Assembly: GCA_036172245.1 (NCBI GenBank)
Contig: JAYWIR010000027.1
Coordinates: 372,001 to 436,000 of the forward strand
Direction of reading: 5' to 3'
Origin: Raillietiella orientalis
Taxonomy: Eukaryota
Length of the DNA stretch: 64,000 nt
Part shown: piece by piece, positions 33,653-46,822 of the stretch
How positions within the stretch are numbered: position 1 is the stretch's first letter
Layout: every line of letters starts with the position of its first letter
Notes under the pieces: generated by a model
Seen by the model: only the letters and a program-made list of their open reading frames with translations
Told to the model about the DNA's origin: nothing
Databases searched by the model: none
Position numbers and translations under genes: made by a program

Positions 33653-36600
33653 CCGAGCGGGCTGACCTGGGTGCCTGCGCGGGAGAAGCAGCGCAGCACG
33701 CACACGGTTCGTCTGTGATGCCATGGGAGCGTCCGTCGCCGGTGCGAACGCCGGTTGGCGGGACGGCTGGCGTTGGCGTTGCGACGAGGATGAAGGAGAC
33801 GAATGAATCGGAGCTGGAGCGGATTTGGTGCCTTGGATGGTGCTCTGCCTCCCGGGGAGCGCACGCGGTTGTACCCTAGAGGGAGAGGCTGGCCGGGCAC
33901 GCCGACGGGATGCGCCACGGTGGCCGGTGGACACCTGGTGCGCTTGGCGCACGTGGCTGTTTGCACGTGGCGGCGAACGCAGCGGTTGTGAGGGACCGCT
34001 GCAAAGGCCGCCGCCGGCGTTTCCCTGTGCGGAGAGTGGCGTTGTGTGACGTCGGGATGCCCCAGCACGGATGGGATGCCAGGATGGTTGCGCAGCTGGC
34101 GCTCGCATGGCTCAGAGGACGGTGCTGCGCTCGAAGACGACGACGACGACGACGAGGATGATGATGATGATGATGAAGAAGAAGAAGAAGAAGAAGAGGC
34201 AGGGAGCAGATGCCTTGGCTGTGTGTCGCTGGCGCTGTTTCCGGGCAAAAGGTGGCTCCGTCTCTCTGTAGCATGTGCCGTGGCTGATGCGGATGAGATG
34301 CCGCAGTGGCCTGTTGAAATGGCAATAAAGGAGGACGAAGTTGGCGGAGGAAGGTTCCTGCTTGTGGTCTGCCCTCCTTGCGGTGTTGGGTGCACGTTTT
34401 CGAGCAGGGGGTGTGCGTGTTGGTGGATCTGGGAGGCGTGACGCGCGTTGGGCCTCTCGACAGGGCGCCGCGGGTTGGGCTCTTCCGCGAGCAGTCGCTG
34501 ACGGGAGGGAAGGAATGCTGGCGCGGAGCCGCCGGCGAACCGCGCGGCAGGTGGCGTCGCCGGTGAAGTTTGGAGCGACCGGGTCGTCGGGTGGCGGATT
34601 TGGCGACGCTCCTGGTACGCGCGCTGGAGGCGTGCGTTGGTCACGCAGGTAGGAGAGTCCGTGCGGGAGGCCGACTTCCCCGAGTGGCGAAGGCGGCGCA
34701 TCGCGGGACGCGCCCGCTGGTGTTTCGGCAGCAGCGTGGTAGGTGCTGCCGGAACGCGCTGCGCCCTGCGTTCGTCTCGGGGGGCGCGTGGGCGTCGATC
34801 GATCGCAACGCGGGTGGTGCGAAAGAGGAGGAGTTAAACGGGCGTGTTGGCGCGTCCCCTTTCGCCCGTCTGCGCGTAGCGGGCAGGGAACGCGAGCGAG
34901 TCTCTGACGGCAGTCTTGGCGCTTCTCTGGCACGTGTTCTCGGTGGGGTGATGGCGCGCGACCCTTTGGGGGCTCGGCGTGCCGCTGCGCTCTTGTGAGT
35001 CGCACGGAGCCCCAAGGCGGCTGGGATTCGAGACGGGGGTCGTCGGGAGCGCCTGACGCGCGGATGGCGGTTCGGCTGTTCGCGACTAGCGTGTCGCGCT
35101 CGCGGCCAACCGGTTTCCTGGTTTCGTGGGGAGGCGTTTTCGCGCCGTGTGCGTTGGGCTGCCGGAAAGGCAGTTTGGTGTGCATGGGGACGCTGCGAAT
35201 CCTGGAAACGTCGGGTGCGAGAGAGTCCGATGCGGCGGCTGCGGTGGAGCGGTGAGGAATGCGTGCTGCAGTCTCCTGACCGCCTGGACCTGCGCAGTTG
35301 CGTGAGGTCGAAGGGCATCCTGGTCTGCGGATCGCGCCCCTCGGCTGTTTTTGCACGGGAGTCCGCCGTCGGCGATCGGGAGGCTGTAGCGTCGTCGGTT
35401 GCCTGCCTTTCTGCTGGTTTGCATTTCAGCAGCCCGACGGTGCGGTATGTGGTCCAGCGCGTGTGCCGAGCAACCGGGTTTCGTGGTCGTCCGTCTCCGC
35501 TTCGCGTGCACGGCGAGAAGGAGAAGACAGAGGCGGCTTTCGTCTGCTGCGGTCGCGCCGTGGCTCCTGCTTCTGGGGACGGGGGGCGCAAGTTGTCTCC
35601 TGTACTACGCTTGGCGTTCCGCGGCGTCCCGACGCGTGGCGAGCGGCGAGCGGGAGGTGCGGCGCGCTGGCGGAAACTCGCGTCGTCTTCCGCCGAACGC
35701 GAGAAAAGGTGCGAGCGCCAGGGCTGAGCAGGGTGCGGCGAAGATGGCCGTACGGCTTCTGGGATGCCGGACGAGGGGGAATCCGCCAGTGGCAGCGAGC
35801 AAGGAGGCAATCCGTGGGAGGAGGAGCGGAACTCCCTCATGGGAAACGGAAGAAGGAAAGAAGCAGAAGAAGGCGCGCTTGCCGACGGAGGGAGGCAGAG
35901 ATGTTTGCGCGTTGGCTGCCGATGATGCGCGTGCGGGGACAGTCGCCAGGCGGCATTCCGCGTTTCGGTGTCGGGCCGTGGGCATCGGCGAGCGCGGGTG
36001 GGCAGGCTCGTCGGCAGGCTCAGTGAGCGTTTTCGAGGTGGGACGTGTTGGTGGGCCGTCGGCGCGGCCACACACTCCGTGGACTGTCGACGGGACCAGC
36101 GCACGCGCGCCTTCGTCACGTCGTGCGTGGGAAGACCGTGTCGTGCACCTGTCTTTGCGGCGATCCGAGTGACGGGAGGTTTGTTTGCGGACGCGAACAG
36201 GTATTGCTGGGATGCTTCGCATGGAAGACGAGAGGCGCTCTTGGAGGGCATGGAGTAGGCGGAGGCTTCCGGAGCCGGAAAGTAAGGAAGGAAGAGTGGA
36301 GGCGTCGACGTCGGCGATGACGGGTTGTGCCGAGGGAGGTGAGGAAGGGCTTTCGGGAGAATGCGAAGAGGTCGCTCCATCTGCCGTCCGGACCCTACGG
36401 ACGGAGGGGAGGGCTGTTGACGCCTGCTGGAAGGAAAGTGGCTGGAGCGCTCTCTGGAATTCGAGGCCGAGATCCGAGTGTAGCATGTCATTTGCCGGGT
36501 GGGAAACGAAACCATTGGAGAGGGAGGCCGTCCCCCGTTCGTTTTCGCTGTGCCGTTGGGGTCGGAGTGGGAAGGGAAGGCGCGCCAGTTGGGCACGGGA

Positions 36601-37368
36601 GCGTAGCCGGAGTTTCGGGCTTTCGAGAGAGGACGCGGCCCGCGGGAAGGCTGGAGGGGTGGCGGCAGGTCCAGAGAAAGTCTTGAGCGAGTCGGAGCGA
36701 GTGGACGACGGCAGGGGCTGCTTGCTGACGTCTGCGGAAGCGTGGACGCTGTGTGTGTTCGGCTTCGCGTCTTTCACTCCTCCTGCTGGTGTCGCCTGCC
36801 GCGCTGGTGCGCTGCGCTTTCGAGGTCGGAGGTCGCTTGGCGATGCGCGGTAAGGAAGCGATGGTCGTCTCCGTGTCTGCGGAAACGCGTGACGAAACGC
36901 CTGGAGGATCGGGTGAGCATCCGGCACGAAACGAGGTGGGAGCGTTGACGCGTGGTCCGGTGGATTCCGGCAATCGTGTGGACTCGGGAAGCAGCCTGCG
37001 CGCGTAGGCTTGCGGGCAAGGGGATGCTGCCCCATGCGTTCGTGGGATGGGGAGTGTGACGAGTGGTGCACTCCGGTGGTGGTTGTAGGTTGTTGGGCGG
37101 GGCTTGGCTGGAAGCAGGCGAGCGTAGTTGCTGGGACCAGGTTGCACCCGTCGGTTGCGTTGTGTTGGCCGCAATGAGGTGCTGCCGCGTTGGGGGTTCC
37201 CGTAAAGAAAAGGTTGCCTTGTGCGCTTGAATTGCTGATAATGACTGTATTGCGGAAAGGACAACAAGAGCGATGGTGGGAATCGTGCTCCTCCTCTCAG
37301 CTTCTTTGTCGGTCTTCTCGTCCTCTCGAATCCTCTGAGGCGGACTCCGGTGCGCTCCGGTGATGTTC

Positions 37369-40300
37369 TCAGATGAATGCCACCGTTGCTTCAAATCCCG
37401 TGTCTCCGTTGATCACTCGGCTGTTCCAGTGGAGGATCATAAAGTTGGAGTTGGATCGCACTAGGCTGTGGCTCGGTAGTTGTTCATTGTCGCAGAACCT
37501 GTAGAAATGAATTTTGATTTAATTGGTTTTTGCTATTACGGCGGTTATTGACATCTTAGTGCTTGTGATTGCCAGGGCTTGTGGTATCGTGTGTTTGCCA
37601 ACGTACTTGTAGAGCATGTGTGCACTCCGGATATGAGAGTTTTCTTTTTTTTTTTTGTGAGTAACCTCTTTTTTTTTTTTTTTTTTTTGACAATCTCTGT
37701 TGTAAGAGATTGGTTTTTGAAGAATCTTTCACGTTACTGTGGCAACCGTCATGCATGGCATGTCTGTTTGGCTGCACAGGAAGTATCGGTGATTGTATTT
37801 TCTGTCTGTTTGACGGCGGCATCGTTTCAAGAGCTCTAATTTTTTTTTTTTCTGTTGGGAAGGGATTCCCTTCAGAAAGGCAAACGCGCATCAAGAAGTT
37901 TTCCATGCACCCAGGGCCCTTGGACAAGGGAAGGGAACACCCGCCTGGATATCGTACGCGATAAGTCCTTCCTCCCTTGCTGCAAGCCGCGTGTGTTTTG
38001 GCTTGTGTTTGCGTTCCTTTCGAGCTTTAGAATGGCAAACTCACGTTTGTCCCCTGTACATATGGTTTGCACGGATTGTCAGACTTTCATAGTCACAGCT
38101 GGTGGAACCGCTGTCATCCAAGAAGAAGGTGACGTGGTGGAAGGTGACTTGCACGCGCTTTCCCATCGGCGCAACGATATGCCATAAGCAGCCTCCTGTT
38201 TCTTGGTGGTTTTTCGGCGTGGCGATGGAAGCGCCATCTTCCGTGACCTTTCTTCCGCATTTCATGGCATTTGGGGCTGGAAAAGATACAAACATGATGG
38301 TGCACTCTTTCATTCTATGGCTGCAGGGGGCTCTCGACGCGTGCAGGCAGCAGCGCTCGTTGCGCCAAGACGGAGAGGAACTCACGATAGTAGCCTCCGG
38401 TTTGCCTTTCGCAGTACTGCCCCTCTGTGCCTTGCGGGCAAACACATTTGCAGTCAGGTCCCAGGTAACCATAATTTTTGCAAGCTGTTTTCTGGCTGCA
38501 TTTTTGGCTCCATAGATCTGAAATCATTCTCCCGTGGTTTGGCACGGAGGCAGCTCCCCCTACCTATGCAATTGTAGGCCGTGTTGATGGTTAGCAGATC
38601 GAAATGGCTAAAATTTGTATTGAACGTACTATCCAGGAGGTATTGAAGTGATGGATCTTTGGTTATTATCGTTTCGTTTCCGTTTTTGCTGAAGAACTGG
38701 AAAAGAAATCCCTTGCTCCAGAAGATATTTCGGTAGCTAGTGGTATTCCCGATCCTGCTGTGCGAGCATGAACGAGGAGGAAGGGGAGCGGAGGACGCTT
38801 CGTCTCTTGCGAATCGCGCCAGAATTGAGTCTCCCCACCCGATTGGTTGTCAGGGTCCCTCCCCCACCGTAGCGAAGTAACCAGGATGGTTCCTTGGCAC
38901 TCCCTTGTGTTCCCCTTCTTGAACGCAATCCGGGAACACAAAGCTGTTCAATCCCATCTTCATCGATTTGGGTTCCTTTCTGTTGTCGAATTCCGTTCAT
39001 TTCCCGAAACGTACCGTTTCCAGGACACTTCCGGGAATGGACGAATTGACGTTTCCCTTTCTTGGAAACGGAGATTGCTTCGCCACTTGGGGAAGCGACT
39101 TTGTCATTCTCTCAGCTCCTCCTGTAGTCCAGCCAAGGCTTCACGTTTCCCATCGAAAGCGACTCCCTAACGGTTTCGTGGTATTCACCCCATATCGAAG
39201 ATCCCGATGAAGTGTGATTTCGAGATGGCACGGAACGCTTGGCAGACATTCGTGTTGGATGGGCAGCGGTGCGACGTCGCTACGCATCTCGACGGCTCAC
39301 GTGGTTACTTTTGGGTCTTCGAGTTTCAGGTGGCAGCATTTGCCTGAATGACATCACACAACCTCTCCGATCTTGCCCCATCGACTGCCTATTCCAAAGT
39401 GGGCACCGAACGATTGCTCTACGAAGAACGCGGAGCAGCGTGCGATGTCGCATATATCCTTTTGGTGTTCAGCTTTCCTTACTCTTCTTTGGCTATTTGA
39501 TTACCAGTGGAATGACCTTGTCTCCTACGATGAGAGCGTCTCGATCCATTGTACTGTTGCTTCTTTGTATTCGTCTTCTTTATCCCCAGTTTCAAAAAAG
39601 AGACGTAGGTTCCCTGAGTGAAGGCGTTCGAGGCGTTCAGCCCACAAGCAGTTCGCCTGGTGCTGTGGACACGTTCGTCACTGCCGCATGCGCAGTCGCC
39701 TGTGCTGCTTCGTAAGTCACTCTGCAACGTCATGCATAGCGTTGTTCCTTCCGATTGGGAGCAGGAAGCAAGTCTCAGGGTCTTCCCCTAAATGCATCCT
39801 CGCTGTTTCCCTACTTGGAAAGGCCACTGTTTGCTCCATTGGGTCTCACTCGGACCCTCGTTCGCGACATCACGCTTTCGAGCAACCTCATCATGTAACC
39901 CCCACTAGTCTTCTGGAACATTTCAGATGAACTCCTGCGCTGATGTCAGCCCGCGAGGATGTTTACGTCTCAATCCGCTGTTTTGGTGTGCTTTCTTGTA
40001 CCTTGCAGATGACAAAACCTTGGCGCATTGTGCAGGTGCAAAGTCAGCTCGGACACTTTGACACTGCCCATCTCCGGTGTGTGTGTGTGTGTGTGTGTGT
40101 GGGAGTGCTTCTCTGGGAACACCTTGGTGTTGGTAGGTCTTGAGTTAGAAGAAAGTTGGTGTCCACGGGTGCACAAATTTACGATGGAATGATGAAAGAG
40201 TTCAGCATAGTGTGGTTCCTGGTGTTTACGCAAATAGGAGTGCACTTCACTGCCCAATGATAGTGGCCTCTTCAGCTCCACGTTCTGTGTGCACGACTTC

Positions 40301-41819
40301 AGTCAAAAATATTCAATCATCCCTCACCTCTGTTAGAGATGTTGCGTGTTGTGCGGTGTCTTCCAGCGAACAACGGGGAACGCATGGAATTCTCATTCAC
40401 TAGTGACGTGTCTAACGATGAAATGAAACAGCGAGAGTCTCATCTCTGGCTGCCTTCCTGGGGATTCCCCATGCACAGTGAACACAGATGGCATTCTCAC
40501 AGAGTACTGCGTTCTCAATGCTTTGTGCGTTCAGAAAGAAGGATCCTTGTATTCAATGGATTTTCAACTCTTCCTTTCAGGTATTGGAGTTCACTTGGAA
40601 AAGAATTTTTCTACACCTCAATCCCTTCTCAGGGTTCTGGACTGCATTAATGTGCGAGGTTCCACATGTTGTCCCTATTCAGGAATGAAAATCTTTCTTG
40701 CATTCTTCCCCTTTTGGCACTGTGATCTTGCCATCAATGCTGAATGATGCGCTTTTCTAATGGGAGGCACGCATCCCGTTTCATCCACTTTCACGCCATT
40801 GGTTTGAATGAGTTTCCATAATAAAGTGAAATTCCTGATGCCATTTCGGGCGACCTTCGATGTCTTCATGTCTTCCGACTTGTGGCACCATGGATGCCCT
40901 CATCCCCCTGACAACTGCTAGCGGACGCGAACCCGGCAAAACGACAGGTGCTTGCCCGAGCACGTGGGAGAGAGAAGCACCAGCAGGACTTTTCCTCCAT
41001 GCACGATTCGTCTGTCGCTCCACACCAGCCTGCTCCGTTTCCCTGCCTCCGGCGATTCTTTCCACGAGCCACGGCGCTCACTTCGGCCTTTGCTGCCTCC
41101 AGCGTATTGATCCGCTGATCGTCTGCTGCAGCTGATCGTCTGTCTGCAACTGCTGGTGTACTGATTTGAGCGCAGGAGCTGCACTTCGTCTTTGGCAGCA
41201 CTCAATCATCATTCCACCCAATTCCCACGCTGAACACCTTCGCACGATCCGCCTACCCACGTCCTGACCGGCGGTGGTTTGCCACACGGTCTCTTTCAGC
41301 TGCCCTACAGTCGCAACCAATTCCAGGAGCCGTGCCTTCGAGCGAATCGTGTGGATCCTCTCGACCACCAGAGGCTCACTCCCTTGGTGGTCTTCCCTCC
41401 TCCCGAATTTCAGATTTTTTTGCCCTCCGCCCCATCTTTCCCGCCTGCCCTCGATCGAGTCAGCCATTTTCTTGCATCGGCCGATCGAAAGAGCTCCCCC
41501 CGCTTCCCGAGATTCCTCGATCCCTCTCTGACTGTCCGTTTTTTCCCGGCCCTCTTCTACACAATTCTCTGCAGAAGCAGAGAGTCTTTGAAACGACGGC
41601 CGAATCGGAAGAAGGGGGAGGGGAGCAACCCAAGCACACACCCTCCCTTTAAGACCTCAGCGTTTCCACTGCCCTTCGCCATCATTCCTATATCGTGTTC
41701 GAAGAGCAAATCTGTTCCATTCCATAGTCTCTGCAGGTTTGTTTTACAGAGATGTGGTCCCCCCCTCCTCCTTCTGTTCTTGTCTTTGAACTCACAGGTC
41801 CATTCTCCCCCCTCCCCTC

Positions 41820-41852
<33 letters not shown>

Positions 41853-43663
41853 AAACTACTCACATCGAAACCATACTGCATCATGCTGGTGAGATCGTAA
41901 GGAAAAGGGGATGGCACCGCGCAATGCGTTGCATCGAAATTGTTTTCATGTCCAGAAAGCAAGTTCTCCAGGATGATTACGACGTGCTCGTCTCGATCAC
42001 TGCGCTCGTGCTCGTGTGTGAACCCAAGGGAGTGGCCCATTTCATGCGTCGCAGTTTTCAGCTGAAAAATAGGGGTTTCGTTAACCATCGTTCTGAAGAA
42101 GACACGGTGGTCCAAGCGCTTGACGTCGGGAAGCAAAAAGACGGGAAAGGCAAGCGCAGGAAACGCTCGGAAAGCTGTCGCAGCCCCGAGACTCCCTTCT
42201 TAGTCATGACCCGCGGAAGCCTCTGTTCTTCCACCCCTAGCACGAGGCGTGGTCATCGGCTTCCGTCTCCAGCCGGTCCCGCAGGCTCGCTGCGAGGTCT
42301 GCGCCGCGCGCGCCGGTGGAGGAGCTCCAACGGTCGGGCCGTTGGCAACTCCCTGTCGGCAGCGTAGCTGAAGACGCGAACTCTCTCTCCCATCGGCAGT
42401 AGCAGCGGGTCCTCTGCCCCCGAAGACGGAAGGTCGGCCCGGCCTCATGCGTTCAGCTCACACCAAGCGCGCGAGCGCAAATTTCCTATCCCGAGGAAAC
42501 GCTCTCGTCGCCCCTATCTAGGCACTTACGCTGACACAATTTTCGTCAAGATTCAAATCCTGAGATTTGGGTTTCTTCCATTCATTCCAGATGTTTCCTA
42601 CATAAGAAACACAGCCTTTACTGCTTGGAACGACCTTGATGTGGTATTGTGTAGTGCTCTTGTATTCATCGAAGGAAATGCAGGTCTTTTCTCTGTAGAG
42701 TTGCGCAGCCTGTCTTACAAAAGCCTGCGCTTTTTGTGACACTGAAAAACAAGAAAACACGCGTGAGAAGGGCTGGCGTGTGGGCTTCTCCCTCATCTCC
42801 CAGATCCATTGCCCCATCCGGCTGATCCTCGCCGCATCCTTCAGCGCTCGGTGACTGCGGGATGAGCTCGCTTGAAAAGGCGGCGAGCGGCGCGAACCGG
42901 AAGGATCGGTTCGTACCGTCGCATCTTCAGCTCTGGCATCCCGCGAGGAAGCGGAGATCGATCCCCCCCTCCTCCCTCCTTCTCCGCGCCTTCGGTTGTT
43001 GCCGTGCGCGTAGCAAAGGCAGTGGCACGCCTCGCACTGCGTTGTGGCCAGCGCGGCTGGCCGCCGCAACATAGTCCTCCTGAGCGAACCGGCTACTGAG
43101 CCCGACCGTTGCCAAGCAATCTGCCGCTCAAGAAGAGCGTGCCGCCACCCTCCCCACCCTATCCCCTCGATTGGCGGAAAGCGTTGTGAGGTTCACGGAA
43201 GTGTAAAACTTGCAAGTTCCGTTGTGCCATCAGACGGAAAGGCGGATCATCTCGGAAGACGGAGGAGGCGCGGAGGCGGGCAGATCCTCCACAAATCCGC
43301 GCCAGCTCGCAACCGTCACGTCTGCGCACACCCTTCCGGTCTTCAAGCGCAAAAGGTTAAGCATTCGGCAGGTTAAGCACGCACTTGGAGTGCTTCGGCC
43401 TCCCAGTGTCACCATGGTCGTAAAACGAAAGCGAATGACACTCTGGAGGATGTACGACGTTACTCTAGCCCCACATTACTATTATACGGTTCACTCATCC
43501 CCATTCTCCCCTCATTACCTCCTGAGAACACGAACGGGATCCGAACTATCCCATTCTTATCTCTGGTCTTCCATAGATTGGTAGCGTGGCACATCCTCTC
43601 CTTTATTTGTTCTTCCTGCTCCGGTGTCAGCAGCATGTCGCCCCCGTACAACTTCGGCCCCGC
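37369..43663 (-). CDS. Astacin-family zinc metalloprotease A (astacin-EGF-CUB; SpAN/blastula protease 10-like), 5' exon(s) not located
   Basis: Exons 43663-43519, 42741-42530, 42061-41864, 38696-38564, 38517-38386, 38276-38045, 37498-37369. Motifs: propeptide GDMLLT, HEMGHSLGFTHEHERSDRD, Met-turn SMMQY, EGF CKNYGYLGPDCKCVCPQGTEGQYC, CUB ending GFEATVAFI*. Confidence 0.9.
40078..40100. repeat. (GT)n microsatellite
   Basis: Seen directly. Confidence 0.9.
40900..41350 (-). mobile_element. Possible Penelope-like GIY-YIG remnant in an astacin A intron
   Basis: KTKCSSCAQ ... KAEVSAVA resembles Y.I.C..C ... SAVAEH. Confidence 0.3.
41822..41850. repeat. (CA)n microsatellite
   Basis: Seen directly. 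Confidence 0.9.
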
Positions 43664-43799
43664 CTAGACGTGGAAGAGGTAAGTAGACATATGGAATCAG
43701 CAGTGAGCGTCGATGCACACGAGCACACATCAACATTTCAAGCATACACGGACGTGTTAACGGATGCACCACGAATCCCGCACCGGCCCTCTCGTGGGA

Positions 43800-44665
43800 A
43801 CTGCTTCCCATTCGTTGCGGCCAACTCATTCCAGGTGCAAACTTCTCTTCAGTCCTTCAGTCCATCCGCAAATCCTCGATTCGTGCTCCGGCTTTTCAAG
43901 AAATGATGTGATGGTCTTTCTTATCGAAAGCACTCTTGTTGTTTCTTTCCGAAGGCACAGAGCAAAGGGAAGCGTTCCAGGACGGTCATCGGCAGAGGAA
44001 TCCGTGTCATCCGAGCCAAACCTGGCGTGCGGCGAAAGCGCATTCCCTTGATGCGAAAAAGAGAGACAGCTCAAGTCCGCCAACCTCGGGAAAAGCTCAG
44101 CTTCCGGAGAGACCGAGCGACCACCCGTAGCTGGTAGGCAGTCGAACAGTCGAGTTCCGGGCTGTGAGTTGAGCTCCTCGAGGTCTCCGGATCGGCGAAG
44201 AGGAACGGGAAGAACGGGATGCTTGGGACTCAACGCTGTAGCAGACCTGAGTACGATGAATGCTGTCGATGACCACATCCGTCATCCGTTCTTTGCGCTT
44301 CTTGTAGCTCGTTTTGACGAGTCGAGAAGTGGCGCTCTTGTAAACTGTCTTCCTTGAGCATTTCGTGGGCATCACGGAAGCTGCGGTTGCAACGCAGTAG
44401 AGTTTATCATCAAGTGGCGTGGCAGTAGACAGAAGTGCGGTGGGAGAGGATAACGAGGGCACTGAGGAACCGTCCGAAGGAACCGCGGCTGGCCGGAGAT
44501 GAGTGAGCCTAGGAGGGATGCTGGCTGTCCGCTAATCGTCCGAGATGCGAACTTCTTGCACCCTCGCCTCCAGATAACCCGAGCTAGGTCAGCATCTCCC
44601 GTGCTACCATCCCTGAAAGCACGCATCCTGGAGTCTCACCTCATCCTGGCTCACGGTCCGACACT
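43800..44665 (+). mobile_element. Decayed Penelope-like 3' half
   Basis: ILD..SYRK thumb-like motif. ANFLHPR..SLKARILESHLIL..PT (44547-44664) matches 47418-47550(-) with synonymous third-position changes and resembles a GIY-YIG C-terminus. Confidence 0.45.
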
Positions 44666-46106
44666 CCGCGAAGAAAAAAAAGACCACCTGAAAAAAAAAA
44701 AAAAAAAAACTTCGTAGAGTAAGCACTGCCTGCCTGACCCACTCACGTGAAAGCACAACGATGTCAGGAGCATGGTAGTAGTAGGAAACGTTCGATGATC
44801 GACACCTAAATCCGAAGAGGAATCCGTCGAGCCGGAATTTTATACCGCTGGAGTTCAGAGAGTGAGCTCCTTGACGGAATTTTCGGTGAATGACTCGGGA
44901 CACCTGAAGGAATTGACGCAAAGCGATCTCGACGGTGCAGTGTGGGTGGATAGTGTATTCGTAATAGAAAAACGAAACCTTAGCCCAAGTGCATGCTAGG
45001 TGCCGTCCCCATCCTTGTGATGGGTGATGAATGATCTGGTGAGTGGGGCGAACACTGCTGCAACCAGGTGGATGACGTGCTGACGCGTTTTGGTCGCGTG
45101 TGGGGTGCATTTCGATTCCCAAACGCAGTTACGGTTGATTGATGGAGCTCTTGTCGCAGATGCTGGACTTGCCGACGATGTTGCGCTCCTCAAGTCTGAA
45201 GCGTCGTTCCTGAAGTTTCCGAATGGTGTGCGGCCGGAACTTTTTTGCTGATAGCCGGAAACCTTGGAGATCAGCGATGGCTACCCATGCGTTCACCGGA
45301 AGATTCAAGAACTCCAGATTCAGGAGGTTGGCTTCTGTCTTGGTGCCACCAGGAGTCAGTGCAGATAGCAACGCATTAGAACTTGAGACCCTCCGTTGCC
45401 ATGTCTTCATGAAGGGAGTCGTACGAAGAAGGACTGCCGTCAGCAACGCAGAGCACCTGGATGGATGACTTTGCTAAAGTCATTTCGCGCCACTTGGCTG
45501 CGGCACTTTCACAGGATCGTTGATAGAAAGAGTTGTGTAAAAATAATATGATCTTCAGCATGTTCCCTGTTTCGAGGTGGCTTTTCTGCTAGTACATCTG
45601 CTGAAGGGACTGTGAACTGTTGTGATGGCTCGGGGTGCTGTTCCTGTCTTGGAACCGTTAGCTGTCGCAGGTGCGCGTTAGTGCGCATCTTCGTGATTCT
45701 TCTCGCCTCCTGAATTGTCTCCGAAATTGTGGGCTCTCCGAAGCAGCTCGCGCTGCCCGCTGCTCCCTTTCGTATGCGGCAAGTAGGTCTTAAGATGGAA
45801 AACTTATTGCTTTCTCGGCTGGAATGCCACCCGCGCCTGCAATTCGCGTGCAGAAACTGGACTGTAACGGAAACACCAGTCTCTCCGTAAGAAACTCTCC
45901 AGGATCTTTGGAAGGAATTCTTTTGTAGGAGGGCGAGGAGAAGGAACACGGCCAAGGATGCGCGAAGAACCGAAGTCCTTGAAATTCTCCCACCTTCAGC
46001 ACTTTTTCCGGGTTCCGTGGGGATGGTGAACTCTCTCGCAATGCTTGCTGTCGTCAGACAACTTAAATCGAAATCGCATCACCTCATTCTGCGAGAGAAG
46101 GCACCC

Positions 46107-46822
46107 ATGACTCAGGAAGACAGCGAGAGCGGGCGCGTGGCCACCTCCGGAGGGGCAGAAGCCGCAGTCCAGAGGAGACCGAAGGAGTTGGTAGCCAAGA
46201 AGACGGAGGCAGCGAAGCCCAAGCCGCCTCACCCGAAGACGATGGAGATGGTGGGCAAGGCGATCGCCACGCTCCAAGAGCGAGGCGGCAGCTCCGTGCA
46301 AGCGATTAAGAAGTACGTCGTCGCCAACCACAACGTAAGCGAGGAGAAGATGGCTCCGTTCATCAAGATGTTCCTGAAGACAGCCGTGCTGTTGGGAACC
46401 ATCATGAAGACGAAAGGCAACCGGACACTAGGGACTCTTTCAAGCTGAGGAAGGTCACTTTGCCAAGCCGGAAGAAAGCGAGCAGCGAGGCGCTGCCGCA
46501 CTCCTTCTGTGCTTCCGCCTCCTCCTCTGCGGCGAAGACACAGCAGCAGCAAAAGAAGAACAGCAAGCTGCAGCAAGCTACTGCGAGAAGCGTGAAGGCG
46601 GCGGAAGCGAGCAGAGGCTTGTGCCAAGACAGCAGAGCCCGCCGCAGCGTCCCTGAAAACGAAGACGATGGCGAGCCTGAAGGCGAAGAACAGCGCACAG
46701 CTGCCGGCTCCAACAGAAAAGCGTCGTCCTCGAAAGTGCGCCCTTCTTTCACCAAGACAAAGGCGCTGAGCAAGCCGAAGGCGAAGAAGACGGCCCCGAA
46801 GAAGAAGAAGAAGAAGCAGTGA
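46107..46822 (+). pseudogene. Histone H1-like (H15 globular domain) gene with a frameshift near 46420-46437
   Basis: HPKTMEMVGKAIATLQERGGSSVQAIKKYVVANH..MAPFIKMFLK..KTKG is in one frame; SFKL and the K-rich tail (KPKAKKTAPKKKKKKQ*) are in another. Intronless. Confidence 0.8.

Larger units (their letters stand above)
27303..37378. repeat. Right arm (10,076 bp) of the large inverted repeat
   Basis: Reverse complement of 13132-23201. Confidence 0.98.

Noticed and set aside
13132..37378. Giant DNA transposon with 10-kb TIRs
   Set aside because: No TSD or transposase seen, and the arm ends fall inside host exons
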